The translations under genes were made by a program, and so were the position numbers. 64,000 nucleotides of DNA, taken from Pseudomonadota bacterium. Its GTDB lineage: Bacteria; Pseudomonadota; Gammaproteobacteria; Steroidobacterales; Steroidobacteraceae. The DNA lies in assembly GCA_021816775.1 (NCBI GenBank), contig JAKAXA010000002.1, forward strand, positions 121,113 through 185,112, read 5' to 3'. Of this stretch, positions 25,890 to 35,995 are shown piece after piece. Position 1 is the first letter of the stretch, and the number at the start of each line of letters is the position of its first letter. The notes under the pieces are model-generated. The model had not been told where the DNA came from and made no database searches. It was given only the letters and a program-made list of their open reading frames with translations.

Positions 25890-26101
25890 CCATCCTCCAC
25901 GGAGCCGCCCAGACGCCTCTGAACAGGGTGCGCGACCGAGCGCAGATTCTGCCTCGTATTTCAAGCCGAATGAACCCCCCGGAGGGCCAGCCGGCCCGAG
26001 GCACCGCTCGAACAGGAGCCCATCCTATCGCAGCAGGGCCCGTACGCACCGGCGGAGCGACAGCCGCCCCGCCGGGGAGTTCGTGGGTACCACCGCGGCG
26101 A

Positions 26102-28609
26102 TCAGCGGAACGAATAGCTCACATCGATGCCGGCAGTGAGCGGCTGGCTCATCGTGTAGCGCATGTACGCCGTGTCTTGCAGCGAGAGCTGCGGGTTCGG
26201 GTCTATGAGCACCAGATCGTTCGTAAAGTTGTTCACGAACAGCGCCGCCGACCAGTGATCACCGCCGCTGCGTTCGCCCCTGAGCCCGATGCGCAAGTTG
26301 GCTATGCTGTAGGCCGGCATATGAATCATGAGCTGATTCAGCGTTTGCAGCGTCGCCGTCACACCGAAGGGCAGGTCGGTTCGGGCTCCCGTGTAGTCCT
26401 CCTCGATCATGCTGAACATCGAGAGGCTGCCGCTCAGAGCGTGCTCCCAGCTGAGCACCGCAGACCCCGACACCTCCGGTGTATCCGGAATCGGCGTACC
26501 TGCCGGGTAGCCGGCGAGCGCATTGCCTTGAATGAACTCACCGCGGATGTAGCTTGCATTCAACGACAGTTTGAATCCCCCGGGAAGCAGGCCCTCGATG
26601 TCGCCCTCGATGCCCTTGATGCGGGCGTTGCCGCCGTTCACCGTGAACCCGAACCCGTCGATATTAGTCGGCACCTGCGGATGGTACCAATCCTCCAAAT
26701 AGCCATCAATGTTGACGATCAAGCGGTGGTCCAAGAATGTCGACTTCTCGCCAAGCTCATAGCTCCAGAGTGAGTCCGAGCCGTACGTCGTCGGGCCCTG
26801 CAGGAATACGTTCGGGCTGCATGCCGTCAGCAGCACTTTTTCCTGCAGACCGCATTCGTTGGCGACCTGGGCCGCGAGGATCGGGTTGGTATTGGTGAGT
26901 GGGACCACGGGGATCGGCCCGGCCGTGCCACTCGCCCCTCCGAGGCGGAACCCCTTGTCGATCCTGGCGTACAGCATGTGGTCCCGGTCAATGTTATACG
27001 TCAGAGTGAAACTTGGGACGGTGCCGCTGGCGGAAATCGATGTCGCAGACTTGTAGGGAACGGTATTGCCTTCCACTGCCAGCACGCTGAACACGCCGTA
27101 CTCCGTGGACGTTTCCCTCAGGCTGTAGTGGTAGTGCCGGAATCCGAGCGCCACTGCCAAATGCGGCGAGAAGCGCCACTGCACGTGCCCATACTCTGCG
27201 TTCTGGATCATCACCTCCGGCATACTGTCGACGAAGTTGTTCGGGCCGCCCAGAATCGGAGTCGCTTGCGGAGACATCGAAGAGATATCGTCTTCGGAAT
27301 ACAGATCCTGGTAGAAGTAGCCGGCCACCCATTGAATCGGCCCCGAGGTCGTCGAGGTAAAGCGCAGCTCCTGGGACATCTGACGGGTGTAGTCCTGTTC
27401 CATGTTGTTACCCTTGGCACCCGAACACGGCCCGAGCCCGCCCGCGGCCGCGTCGTACGCCGGCAGTCCGATCGCACCGGCGATCATCTCCGTGCAATCT
27501 TGCAAATTGATGAAGTTGCGGTGCCAGAATCCGGTATCCGAAGTGATCGAGAACACTGGAAGGTTATAGACCATTTTCAAGCTGCCAAAGCTCAAGCTGT
27601 CCGTCTGCGGCTCAGGCGCGTAGTAGATCTCCCAGTGCGCGAGGACATTCGGCAACGTGGGGTGCGTCGGATTCCCGTTCACATCGATCGCCGGAAGCGC
27701 GCCCTGGTGAACCAGCTGGTACATCGCGGTCGGCTCGATCGAGAAGTTCTCGGTCGGCTTCCAGAGAAGCTCTACACGGACCGACTCGATCAGGGCCGTG
27801 TTCACACCCTTCAAGTCGGTCTGCAGGGGTGCGGTATAAAAGTTGCTCGGCCGGCTCAGGTTTGGAAAGGTCCCGGTATCGGTACCGACAGCTCCGTCCT
27901 GTATAACCCGCTGCTCAATCCACCCGCTGTTGTTGCTGAACGAACCCACAATGCGCACGGCGGCGGTATGACCCAATGGCATGTTTATCATGCCATTTTC
28001 CTGGTGGTTAAGACCGCCTCCGGACACGGTGTCTGAGAGCACCTCCTCGGTATTGCCCGCGAAGGTGTTGAGCTGCGGCTCATTGGGCAGCATGCGGATC
28101 GTTCCGCCCATGGAACTCGAGCCGTAGAGAGTTCCCTGCGGACCGCGCAGCACCTCGACCCTCTGGAAGTCATAGGTGCCTGCGTCCGTCATGAGCTTGC
28201 CGAACTGGGAACCCATGGCCGTCGACAGCGGTATGTCGCCGAAGTACATTCCCACCATCGAGGAGTTGCCGCCCTGGGAGTTCAGACCGCGGATCTCATA
28301 TTCCTGTTCGCCGGCGCCTCCCGTGTTGCGCACAGCGATGCCAGGTACTGAACTGACCAGCGCGTCTATGTCGGTGATACCCCGGGATGCGATCTGTGCG
28401 CCGGTGACCGCGGTGATGCTGAGGGCAGTGTCCTGAACCGTGGTTCTGAAGCGCGTCGCCGTCACCACGATGGGCTGCAGCGTCAGCTGGCTTGGCGGCG
28501 GCGCATCCGCATCCGCGGCGCGCGCGCCGCCGATGTGTGCGAGCAACAGGATCGGCGCCACCGCGAGAAGCCGCAGAACGAGACGATGAAACTTCTTGGT
28601 GAATGCCAT
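26102..28609 (-). CDS. TonB-dependent outer-membrane receptor
   Basis: ORF trimmed to ATG 28609. Signal peptide MAFTKKFHRLVLRLLAVAPILLLAHIGGARA. Plug motifs IVVTATR, ALVSSVPGIAV and EIRGLNSQGG. Long beta-barrel region. Confidence 0.85.
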   Translation of the reverse strand: MAFTKKFHRLVLRLLAVAPILLLAHIGGARAADADAPPPSQLTLQPIVVTATRFRTTVQDTALSITAVTGAQIASRGITDIDALVSSVPGIAVRNTGGAGEQEYEIRGLNSQGGNSSMVGMYFGDIPLSTAMGSQFGKLMTDAGTYDFQRVEVLRGPQGTLYGSSSMGGTIRMLPNEPQLNTFAGNTEEVLSDTVSGGGLNHQENGMINMPLGHTAAVRIVGSFSNNSGWIEQRVIQDGAVGTDTGTFPNLSRPSNFYTAPLQTDLKGVNTALIESVRVELLWKPTENFSIEPTAMYQLVHQGALPAIDVNGNPTHPTLPNVLAHWEIYYAPEPQTDSLSFGSLKMVYNLPVFSITSDTGFWHRNFINLQDCTEMIAGAIGLPAYDAAAGGLGPCSGAKGNNMEQDYTRQMSQELRFTSTTSGPIQWVAGYFYQDLYSEDDISSMSPQATPILGGPNNFVDSMPEVMIQNAEYGHVQWRFSPHLAVALGFRHYHYSLRETSTEYGVFSVLAVEGNTVPYKSATSISASGTVPSFTLTYNIDRDHMLYARIDKGFRLGGASGTAGPIPVVPLTNTNPILAAQVANECGLQEKVLLTACSPNVFLQGPTTYGSDSLWSYELGEKSTFLDHRLIVNIDGYLEDWYHPQVPTNIDGFGFTVNGGNARIKGIEGDIEGLLPGGFKLSLNASYIRGEFIQGNALAGYPAGTPIPDTPEVSGSAVLSWEHALSGSLSMFSMIEEDYTGARTDLPFGVTATLQTLNQLMIHMPAYSIANLRIGLRGERSGGDHWSAALFVNNFTNDLVLIDPNPQLSLQDTAYMRYTMSQPLTAGIDVSYSFR

Positions 28610-29099
28610 GGACGGGATCCTCGGTTCAAGGGTTGAGCGGCGCACGCCCGCCGTCTGATGGCAGGCGCGCCACGCGGGCATCGCCTTGCGTTGACTTTAT
28701 TGGCTGTCCCCGGTGCGCGGTCATCAGACGCCCGACAGTCCAACAACGTTCTTTGGGCCTCGGACAGATGGGGAACCACTGGCCGGTGGGGTGGCCATGT
28801 GTGCCGGCGACCGCCGCGACCCGCTGCGAGGAGCACGGGCGCCCTGCACCGGCTACGGGCTGCGGGTGAGGCGCACGATCGGCTGTCGGCCTCGCCTCGC
28901 CGCTCTCGCAATTGCCTATTGGCAGATCCGGCATGGACCTGACATTACTCCCAGCCGGAGCGGGTTTCTTGTCCGACGCTGCCAACCGCGATCACGGACT
29001 GGCAGCCGCGAACAAGGACCTGGCGCGGCGGAGCAAGACCTCGGTCGGGTGATTCGCGTAGGATACGAAATATCAGCCAGCCGCAAGAGGCAGCACCCC

Positions 29100-30473
29100 A
29101 TGATCAATGAAACGGAGCTCGAAAAGCTCTCCTGGCCGGACGCGCCGCGGCTCAAGACCCGCTCAGTCCCCGGTCCGCTCGAGCGGCAGGCCCTCGAGCG
29201 CTCGGCGCGTCGCGAGTCCCTCGCCCGCGGCGGTGGCGAGTTCCCGATGGTCTTCGATGAGGGCTTCGGGGTTACGGTCAAAGACCCGGACGGCAATCTG
29301 TACATCGACCTCTCCGCGGGCGTGGGAGTAAACAGCGTCGGCCGCTGCCACCCCGCGGTCGTGAGAGCGATTCACACGCAATCGCAACGCCTGATGCACG
29401 CCTCGGACATCACCAATTCCAAGCGCATCGAACTCGCCGCCACGATCGCCGGCATCATGCCCGAAGGGCTTCGCGACAATTGCGTCACGTATTTCACGCA
29501 GAGCGGGAGCGATGCCGTCGAGGCGGCCGTGAAATTCGCCAAGCGAGCGACGGGTCGGCAGCAGATCCTCGCATTTCATGGGGCCTACCACGGGATCTGG
29601 AACGCGTCCAACGCGCTGACGACCGGCAATCAGTATCGCGCCGGCTACGGTCCGTTCATGGGCGGGGTCATTCATGCGCCCTACCCTTATGCGTACCGCT
29701 TTCCGTTCGACACCTCATCAAGGAGCGCCGAACAGATCGCGGGGGAGTACGTCGACTATTTGCTCAATACCCGCTACACGGGAGCGGACGACGTTGCCGC
29801 AGTGATCGTCGAGCCTGTCCAGGGTGAAGGCGGGTACGTTGCTCCGGGGCCCGAGTTCCTGCGGCTTCTGCGCAAGGCATGCGACCACTCCGGCGCGCTG
29901 CTCATCGCCGATGAGGTTCAGGCGGGGGCGGGCCGCACTGGCAAGATGTGGTCCATCGAGCATTCCGGGGTCAAGCCAGACCTGCTCACCTTCGGCAAGG
30001 GCATGGGGGGCGATCTGCCGATGGCTGGCGTCACGATGCGCGCCGATCTCGCTGAACACATCCCGCCCGGCTCTCAGCCCGGCACCTTCGCGGCGAACGC
30101 GCTTTCGGCGGCGGTCTGCCTGACCAACATCGAGCTGCTGACTGACCCGAAATTGGCCCTCATCGAGCGCGCACACGAGCTCGGGCTCGAAATTGTCGAG
30201 CGGCTGCGCGCCGCCGCCTGCCCGCTCATCGGGGAGGTACGCGGCCGCGGCTTGATGATCGGCATCGAGTTGGTCGAGGATCGTGCGTCGAAGACACCGC
30301 TGAGGCCCGAACGCGTCGGCCATGTCGTGATGCAGACCCTGAGCCGCGGCATAATCATGGTGCCCTGCGGTCGCAACGGCAACGTGTTGCGCCTGATGCC
30401 CTCGCTCACCATACCGCGCCGCTATCTCTTCGCCGCGCTTGATGTGATGCTTGCCGTTCTTGCGGAGGCTTGA
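29100..30473 (+). CDS. Class III (omega) aminotransferase, PLP-dependent
   Basis: ORF trimmed to ATG 29100 (AAGAGG 9 nt upstream). GSDAVEAAVKFAK, IADEVQAGAGRTGKMW, LTFGKGMGG. Confidence 0.85.
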   Translation: MINETELEKLSWPDAPRLKTRSVPGPLERQALERSARRESLARGGGEFPMVFDEGFGVTVKDPDGNLYIDLSAGVGVNSVGRCHPAVVRAIHTQSQRLMHASDITNSKRIELAATIAGIMPEGLRDNCVTYFTQSGSDAVEAAVKFAKRATGRQQILAFHGAYHGIWNASNALTTGNQYRAGYGPFMGGVIHAPYPYAYRFPFDTSSRSAEQIAGEYVDYLLNTRYTGADDVAAVIVEPVQGEGGYVAPGPEFLRLLRKACDHSGALLIADEVQAGAGRTGKMWSIEHSGVKPDLLTFGKGMGGDLPMAGVTMRADLAEHIPPGSQPGTFAANALSAAVCLTNIELLTDPKLALIERAHELGLEIVERLRAAACPLIGEVRGRGLMIGIELVEDRASKTPLRPERVGHVVMQTLSRGIIMVPCGRNGNVLRLMPSLTIPRRYLFAALDVMLAVLAEA

Positions 30474-30474
30474 T

Positions 30475-31485
30475 ATGAGAAGAATCGCGTGCGAAGAGGC
30501 CTTCAACACCCCCGCAATCGCGCGTGAGCTGAACAAGATCGCCAAGACGGGCGGCACGTCGAAAGACTTGATTCTCATTCGCGCGCTGTACGGCGATGGA
30601 GTCACCGGATACAACGCACAGTTTGTGCCGAGGCTGGTTGACGTCGACGACATGCGCCTGAAGCAAATGGATGCGCTCGGTATCGACATGCAGGTGCTCT
30701 CCCTCACCGTGCCGGGCGTGCAGATGTTCGACGCGGATACGGCTACCGAATACGCCCAACTCGTTAACGACGGGCTCGCCGAGATCGTTGCGCGGCATCC
30801 GCGTCGATATGCCGCTCTGGGGTGTTTTGCGCCCCATTCACCGAAGCGTGCGGCCAAGGAGATCGAGCGCGCCATCGGTTCGCTGCACCTCAATGGGTTG
30901 ATCGTTAACTCGCATACCAACGACCAATACTACGACGACGAGAGGTACTATCCGTTTTTCGAGGCCGCCGAGGCGCTGGATGCAGCGATCTACCTGCACC
31001 CACGCGCGCCGATGGCGGGATTTGACCGCCCCCTCGACAAGTATTGGATGGAAGCGGCCTTGTGGGGCTATGGGATCGAGACGAGCACCCATGCGCTGCG
31101 CCTGATTTTCTGCGGCCTGTTCGATCGGTTTCCCAGACTGAAGATCGTTCTTGGACACATGGGTGAGGGGTTGCCGTTCTGGGTCACGCGCCTGGACTTC
31201 ATGCATGATGAGGCCGTGGTGGTGGGCGCGGCACCGCGCTTGGAACTGAAGCCGTCGGAGTACCTGAAGCGCAACTTCGTGATCACAACCAGCGGACAGG
31301 AAAACCATCTGGCACTGAAATACTCCATCGACGTTCTCGGCGAGGACAACGTGATGTGGGCCATCGACTACCCCTATCAACCGATGGAGCCCGCCGTACG
31401 CTTCATGGATACGGCACCTGTGAGCGATGCCGTCAAAGCGAAGGTATACGGCGAGAATGCGGCACGGGTGTTTCATATCGCATGA
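30475..31485 (+). CDS. Amidohydrolase-2 family non-oxidative decarboxylase (ACMSD / gamma-resorcylate / LigW type)
   Basis: MRRIACEEAF start. MDALGIDMQVLSL, YLHPRAP, THALRLIFCGLFDRFPRLKIVLGHMGEGLPFW, FVITTSG. The ATG is 1 nt after the aminotransferase stop. Confidence 0.8.
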   Translation: MRRIACEEAFNTPAIARELNKIAKTGGTSKDLILIRALYGDGVTGYNAQFVPRLVDVDDMRLKQMDALGIDMQVLSLTVPGVQMFDADTATEYAQLVNDGLAEIVARHPRRYAALGCFAPHSPKRAAKEIERAIGSLHLNGLIVNSHTNDQYYDDERYYPFFEAAEALDAAIYLHPRAPMAGFDRPLDKYWMEAALWGYGIETSTHALRLIFCGLFDRFPRLKIVLGHMGEGLPFWVTRLDFMHDEAVVVGAAPRLELKPSEYLKRNFVITTSGQENHLALKYSIDVLGEDNVMWAIDYPYQPMEPAVRFMDTAPVSDAVKAKVYGENAARVFHIA

Positions 31486-31547
31486 CCTCGGCCGCGAAGT
31501 CGTGGGTCAGTAACCACCCGCCGGCAGAGCCGGGGGCTGCCGTTGTA

Positions 31548-32519
31548 TTACGCGGAACTGGTCATCACCGTCGAGGCACGGGGCACCGGGTGGCGTTCTG
31601 CCTTCGGTGAATGACCGAACGTCTTGCGGTAGGCGCGCGAGAAGTGCGCGCCATCCTTGAAGCCGCACATGAGCGCGACCTCGATGATCGGCGCGCGTTG
31701 CGCATCCTGCGTCAGCAGCTCATGCGCTCGGTCGAGGCGCCTCGACCAGATAAGCGATGCTGGAGTCCAACCGTTTGCCCTCACCAGCCGATAAAGCCGG
31801 CGCACGGAGGTATTGAAGTGGGCCGCGATCGACTTGGGCGACAGCTCGGGGCTGTCCATGTTCGCGTCGACAAACTGCGTGATTTCCCGCAAGCTCATCA
31901 CCCGCCGCGTCCCCTGAATTGGCGTTGGCCGCTCGGCAGCCAGACCGAGTGCGTTGGCGAGCAGCTCTAGCGTCATTCCGGTCAGCTCGAGACCGCCGAT
32001 CGTGGATGCATTGCTCACGAGCGCGCGAAGCAACTCGGAAAGCAGCGCGCCGGCGCCGCGGTCGGAACGTATGCAGGTGGCAAGCGGCACGTCACACCCA
32101 CAGAAGCGTTCCTCGATGAGGCGCACCGGCAGATGGAACGAGTACTGGTGGAATCCGGGGCCGACTTCGAACACCGACGGGAAGCGGGAGTCGATCAGAG
32201 CGCAATCCCCGGGCCGCAGCGCTGCCTCCGAACCGCGCTGCCGCATTCGCGCTGCGCCGGAGGCTTGCAGGATGAGGAAGAAGTGATCACCACGGTTGTG
32301 CCGGTCATCTCTGTCCCGCACGACTCGACCGCCGGATAACGTCACATCGGCGAAGTCGAGCGATCCGGCCTGACGCGTCTTTATGCCGCCTCGGAACTCC
32401 CGCCAGCGCTCCGAGGCAACCTGATACGGGCCACAGATGCCCCGGAGCGCCTCGTTGCACGCTTCGAAGCCGATGAAGTTACGTTCGCACTCGCCACCGG
32501 CAGCCGGCATATTGCCCAT
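31548..32519 (-). CDS. AraC-family transcriptional regulator
   Basis: C-terminal double HTH (SPKSIAAHFNTSVRRLYRLV...IIEVALMCGFKDGAHFSRAYRKTFGHSP) and an N-terminal AraC-binding-type domain. Confidence 0.85.
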   Translation of the reverse strand: MGNMPAAGGECERNFIGFEACNEALRGICGPYQVASERWREFRGGIKTRQAGSLDFADVTLSGGRVVRDRDDRHNRGDHFFLILQASGAARMRQRGSEAALRPGDCALIDSRFPSVFEVGPGFHQYSFHLPVRLIEERFCGCDVPLATCIRSDRGAGALLSELLRALVSNASTIGGLELTGMTLELLANALGLAAERPTPIQGTRRVMSLREITQFVDANMDSPELSPKSIAAHFNTSVRRLYRLVRANGWTPASLIWSRRLDRAHELLTQDAQRAPIIEVALMCGFKDGAHFSRAYRKTFGHSPKAERHPVPRASTVMTSSA

Positions 32520-32575
32520 AGCTCACCTCCCCGCCCCCGCGGCCCCCGCCGGATCAGCTTGAAAATATCGATTTA

Positions 32576-32597
32576 ATACTCGATTTAAGTCGAGTAT
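32576..32597. promoter_or_regulatory. Inverted repeat ATACTCGA-TTTAAG-TCGAGTAT in the AraC/TetR divergent intergenic region (candidate operator)
   Basis: Perfect 8-bp arms read directly from the sequence. Embedded in an AT-rich patch that also has TCGATTTA repeated at 32568 and 32580. Confidence 0.35.
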
Positions 32598-32756
32598 ATT
32601 CATGTTTCTAGTGGTGTCAATCGGAATTCAGGTAGTCAGTGTCCACTTTGACTTTCCCACGGGCGCGCGCGGCCAGTCGAACCGGCGCCGCGCGGGGACC
32701 GGCCAAGCGATTCCAATGAAGTCAATCACTTGCCATCCCACGCTGCATGAAGCGTC

Positions 32757-33479
32757 GTGTCGCCGCGGACCCGAGGTTTCGAATTGGCGCTGATCGGGAC
32801 TCGCAAGCGCTCATTGCAGGTCCGCGGCATCGAGCGGCGCAGGCTGCTGCTCGAGTCGGCGCGTGCCCTGCTTGCCGAACACGATCTCGATCAGGTGAGC
32901 CTAGGGGACGTCGCCGCCAGGGCAGACGTTCCTAAGAGCTCCGCCTATCATTTCTATGCGGACATCCAGGCTCTATATGCCGCGTTGCTAGTCGTGGTGC
33001 AGGAGGAATTGACCACCGTGCTTTCGCAGCCCTTGCGCGGGCGTTTTCCGACGTGGCAGTCAGTGGTCAGAGCCCTGACGAAGCGTGGCGCCGCCTTCTA
33101 CGTGGCAAACCCCGCCGCTCGGCAGCTGCAGATCGGACCGAAGACGCCACCCGCGCTCAAGCTCTACGACCGACAAAGCGACATCGCCATCGCGAGGCTC
33201 TACGAGAGGCACATCGAGAGCGTGTTCGAGCTGCCGCCGATCGCGAATCGCTCGCGGCTGTTCTACCGCGCCATCGAGATTGCCGATCTGATGTTCTGTT
33301 TATCGATGCTCGAGCACGGCGCGTTGACTAAGGACATGTACCGGGAGGCCGATCGGGCCGCCTCGGCGTATCTCGCGATCTATCTTCCGGCCGTTCTCGC
33401 TTATCGGAACGCCGAGGCACCGGGGTACGCGGTCGTGCGGCCACGCGGGCCGGAACCTCAGAGCGTCGATACGCGGTGA
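32757..33479 (+). CDS. TetR-family transcriptional regulator
   Basis: HTH VSLGDVAARADVPKSSAYHFYADIQALY. GTG start taken from the ORF track. Confidence 0.8.
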   Translation: MSPRTRGFELALIGTRKRSLQVRGIERRRLLLESARALLAEHDLDQVSLGDVAARADVPKSSAYHFYADIQALYAALLVVVQEELTTVLSQPLRGRFPTWQSVVRALTKRGAAFYVANPAARQLQIGPKTPPALKLYDRQSDIAIARLYERHIESVFELPPIANRSRLFYRAIEIADLMFCLSMLEHGALTKDMYREADRAASAYLAIYLPAVLAYRNAEAPGYAVVRPRGPEPQSVDTR

Positions 33480-33601
33480 TTGGACAGCACTACTCACGCG
33501 GACGAATACCTGCAACCGCCACCGCGCTGAGTCACACAGGGGCAGGCGAAGCTTGCTCTGCGGTGCCAAGCCAGCCACACTCGGACGGCGCGACACCCTG
33601 T

Positions 33602-34294
33602 TCACGACCCGGGTCTGGCCCCTAATGTAGGCTGCGGCTCCCGAGGCCCGAAACACCATTGCGACGACGAGGTCCCCGGGGCGAGCCAGCTGCCGGAGCC
33701 GAATTCGCCGCGCCTGCTCAGGAGCGGCCTCAGCGCCTCGCGAGCCGCGAAGCTGCGAGACCCGAATATCTTGCCCGTCGTCTTCATCTGTTTGAGGTCC
33801 ACGAGAACGGCACCGACTCGCGGCACGAACTTCTCGCGCCACACGAACAGATAGAGCCGGTCGGCGACTCTCAGGTGACGACAATGATCCGTATCGGGCA
33901 GGCCTTGCTCGCAGCCCGCGAGACAAGGCCACGTATTGACTTGCCTGTTGAGATGGAGGCGTTCGCAGCACTGCGATCGGCGGCGCGTGTACTCGATCCG
34001 CTCGCCGATCCGCTTAACCGTATCGGCGTGACGGTCAGCTCCACGCCCGAACGGAGCATCGATCATGCCGCTCAGGAACCTCGCCTCTACGCCAGTCCGC
34101 CCACCGCTTCGGGCGACCCGTTCGATGAGGGGCACCGTCGCCTCGGCTTCGGTGGGCAGCTCGGCCTCGAGCGCCGTGCAGATGCCCCGGCCAGGGTCGA
34201 GCGCGGGGCTGATCGCGCAAGCGCACTGATCAGAGGCGACGAAATCGACGCATTGAATGCCAGAACGGATTTCCGTGGCGCGGTACTGGTCCAT
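33602..34294 (-). CDS. Hypothetical protein (possible calycin/MoaF-like fold; function unknown)
   Basis: ORF 33602..34513 trimmed to ATG 34294 (GGAG 8-9 nt upstream). By eye, GC3 is higher than in the fully overlapping plus-strand ORF 33659..34573. The stretch RLYLFVWREKFVPRVGAVLVDLKQMKTTGKIFG looks like a beta-barrel. Same strand as the upstream ALDH gene. Confidence 0.45.
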   Translation of the reverse strand: MDQYRATEIRSGIQCVDFVASDQCACAISPALDPGRGICTALEAELPTEAEATVPLIERVARSGGRTGVEARFLSGMIDAPFGRGADRHADTVKRIGERIEYTRRRSQCCERLHLNRQVNTWPCLAGCEQGLPDTDHCRHLRVADRLYLFVWREKFVPRVGAVLVDLKQMKTTGKIFGSRSFAAREALRPLLSRRGEFGSGSWLAPGTSSSQWCFGPREPQPTLGARPGS

Positions 34295-34582
34295 TCTGCC
34301 GGCTCCACAGATCCGCTCGGCCGCGGACTGGAAGCGATACTCCCCGCGACGCTTCCGTCCTCGAAATCGCGCCCCAGGCGTCTTGCGGCCGTCCGGGGGC
34401 GATGGCGCAAGTGTGTAGGCGCTCGCATCAGATCCAAAGGCTTCGCCGAGCTCGCCGACAGCGACCCACCTCGCGCCGCCTTGCGGTCGCGGATCGTCGC
34501 GTCGATTTTTCAAAGCGGCACTTCAGCGCAAAGTCGCTTCGGCCGCTGCCCTTGGACCGCGCAGCAGGGCTAGCCGCCGCGT

Positions 34583-35995
34583 TCAGCGCGCAACGTTGAG
34601 TGCCTGGACCGTCGTGTATTCCTTCAATCCGTCCACGCCGAACTCGACGCCAATACCCGAACACTTGACGCCGCCGAACGGCGTCATGGGGTTGATCACG
34701 CCGTGCTGATTCACCCACGCGGTGCCGCATTCCAGCTGCCCGGCGTAGCTCGCGGCGGCCTCGGGATCGTCACCCCAGACCGACCCCCCCAAGCCCACTT
34801 CGAGCGAGTTGGCCCGTCGGATCGCCTCCTCGATCGTGCGATAGCGCACGATAGGAATGACGGGCGCGAACTGCTCCTCCTTCACGACCCGCATCTCGTC
34901 CGTGGCATCCGCGATCACCGTGAGGGGGTAGACGAATCCGCGGCCCTCCGGCTTTTTGCCGCCTGTCACGATGCGCGCCCCGCGCGAACGGGCCTCCTCA
35001 ACCAGCGCCATCGCCTTCTCAAGCTGCATGCGGTTGGAGATCGGACCGATGAGCGTCTTCGGGTCGAGACCGTTACCGACCGGTATCTCCTCAACGTACG
35101 CCGCGAACTGTTGCACGACCTCGGCGTACTGCGAGTCGTGCACGTACAGGCGCTTGAGCGCCGCGCAGGTCTGGCCCGCGTTGATGAAGCAACCCCAGAA
35201 GAGCTTCTCGAGCAGAGGGGCGATGTTCGTTCCGGGCAAGACGATGCCGGCGTCATTTCCTCCGAGCTCGAGCGTGACGCGTTTCAGAGAGTGCGATGCG
35301 CTCTCCATGACCCTCTTCCCCGTGGCAATCGATCCGGTGAAGACGAGCTTGTCGACGCCCGGATAATCCGTGAGCGACGCACCGATCTCCGCGCCTCCCG
35401 TCACCACGTTGATCACGCCTGGCGGCAAAACCGTGTTCATCAACTCCACGAGTCGCAGAGTTGACAGCGGCGTGAAGGGCGAGGGCTTGATGACGACCGT
35501 ACATCCAACGCGCAGCGCGGGCATGACATGCCACGTAGCGATCAACAGTGGCCAGTTCCAAGGCGTGACGGACCCCACCACGCCGACCGGCTTGCGTCGG
35601 ATGACAATGCGCGCGACGTCATCGTTCTGGATCGTCTCTTCGGGCAGATTCAGCGACGCGGTTGCCCGCGTCCAGGCGGCAGCCCCCGCCACTTCGAAAT
35701 TGGCGCCCGGCCCGCTCTGGGGCTTGCCCTGCTCGAGCGTAATCAGCCTCGAGAGCTCTGCCTGATGCCGTTCAATGAGCTGGCCAATGTCCATCAGCTT
35801 CGCCGCCCGTTCCGCATCGGGCGTTGAAGACCAGCCCGGCAGCGCCTCGCGTGCCGAGCGCACCGCTCGCTCCAGATGCTCGAGCGTCGCCTCCGGACAG
35901 CGCCCGGCGATTGATTCGTCGAATGGATTGAGGACATCGAACTGCCGCGTGGTGGTCACGGCCTTGCCGCCGATGGTCAGCGCGAAGGATGACAT
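34583..35995 (-). CDS. NAD(P)-dependent aldehyde dehydrogenase
   Basis: TPWNWP, TLELGGND, catalytic-Cys motif NAGQTCAALKR, KEEQFAPV. 470 aa. Confidence 0.9.
   Translation of the reverse strand: MSSFALTIGGKAVTTTRQFDVLNPFDESIAGRCPEATLEHLERAVRSAREALPGWSSTPDAERAAKLMDIGQLIERHQAELSRLITLEQGKPQSGPGANFEVAGAAAWTRATASLNLPEETIQNDDVARIVIRRKPVGVVGSVTPWNWPLLIATWHVMPALRVGCTVVIKPSPFTPLSTLRLVELMNTVLPPGVINVVTGGAEIGASLTDYPGVDKLVFTGSIATGKRVMESASHSLKRVTLELGGNDAGIVLPGTNIAPLLEKLFWGCFINAGQTCAALKRLYVHDSQYAEVVQQFAAYVEEIPVGNGLDPKTLIGPISNRMQLEKAMALVEEARSRGARIVTGGKKPEGRGFVYPLTVIADATDEMRVVKEEQFAPVIPIVRYRTIEEAIRRANSLEVGLGGSVWGDDPEAAASYAGQLECGTAWVNQHGVINPMTPFGGVKCSGIGVEFGVDGLKEYTTVQALNVAR

Noticed and set aside
28610-29099. 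A possible riboswitch or leader RNA, such as a cobalamin element, in the 490-bp divergent region upstream of the TonB-dependent receptor.
   Set aside because: There is only a vague CCACTGG resemblance to a B12 box. I could not recognise the other conserved cobalamin-riboswitch segments on either strand. A covariance-model scan (Rfam/Infernal) would be needed.
33659-34573. A 304-aa plus-strand ORF fully overlapping the minus-strand ORF 33602..34513.
   Set aside because: Its first codon positions coincide with the GC-rich third positions of the minus-strand frame. The translation is Arg/Ala/Pro-rich. The minus-strand frame has a plausible SD/ATG and more protein-like composition. Even that call is low confidence.
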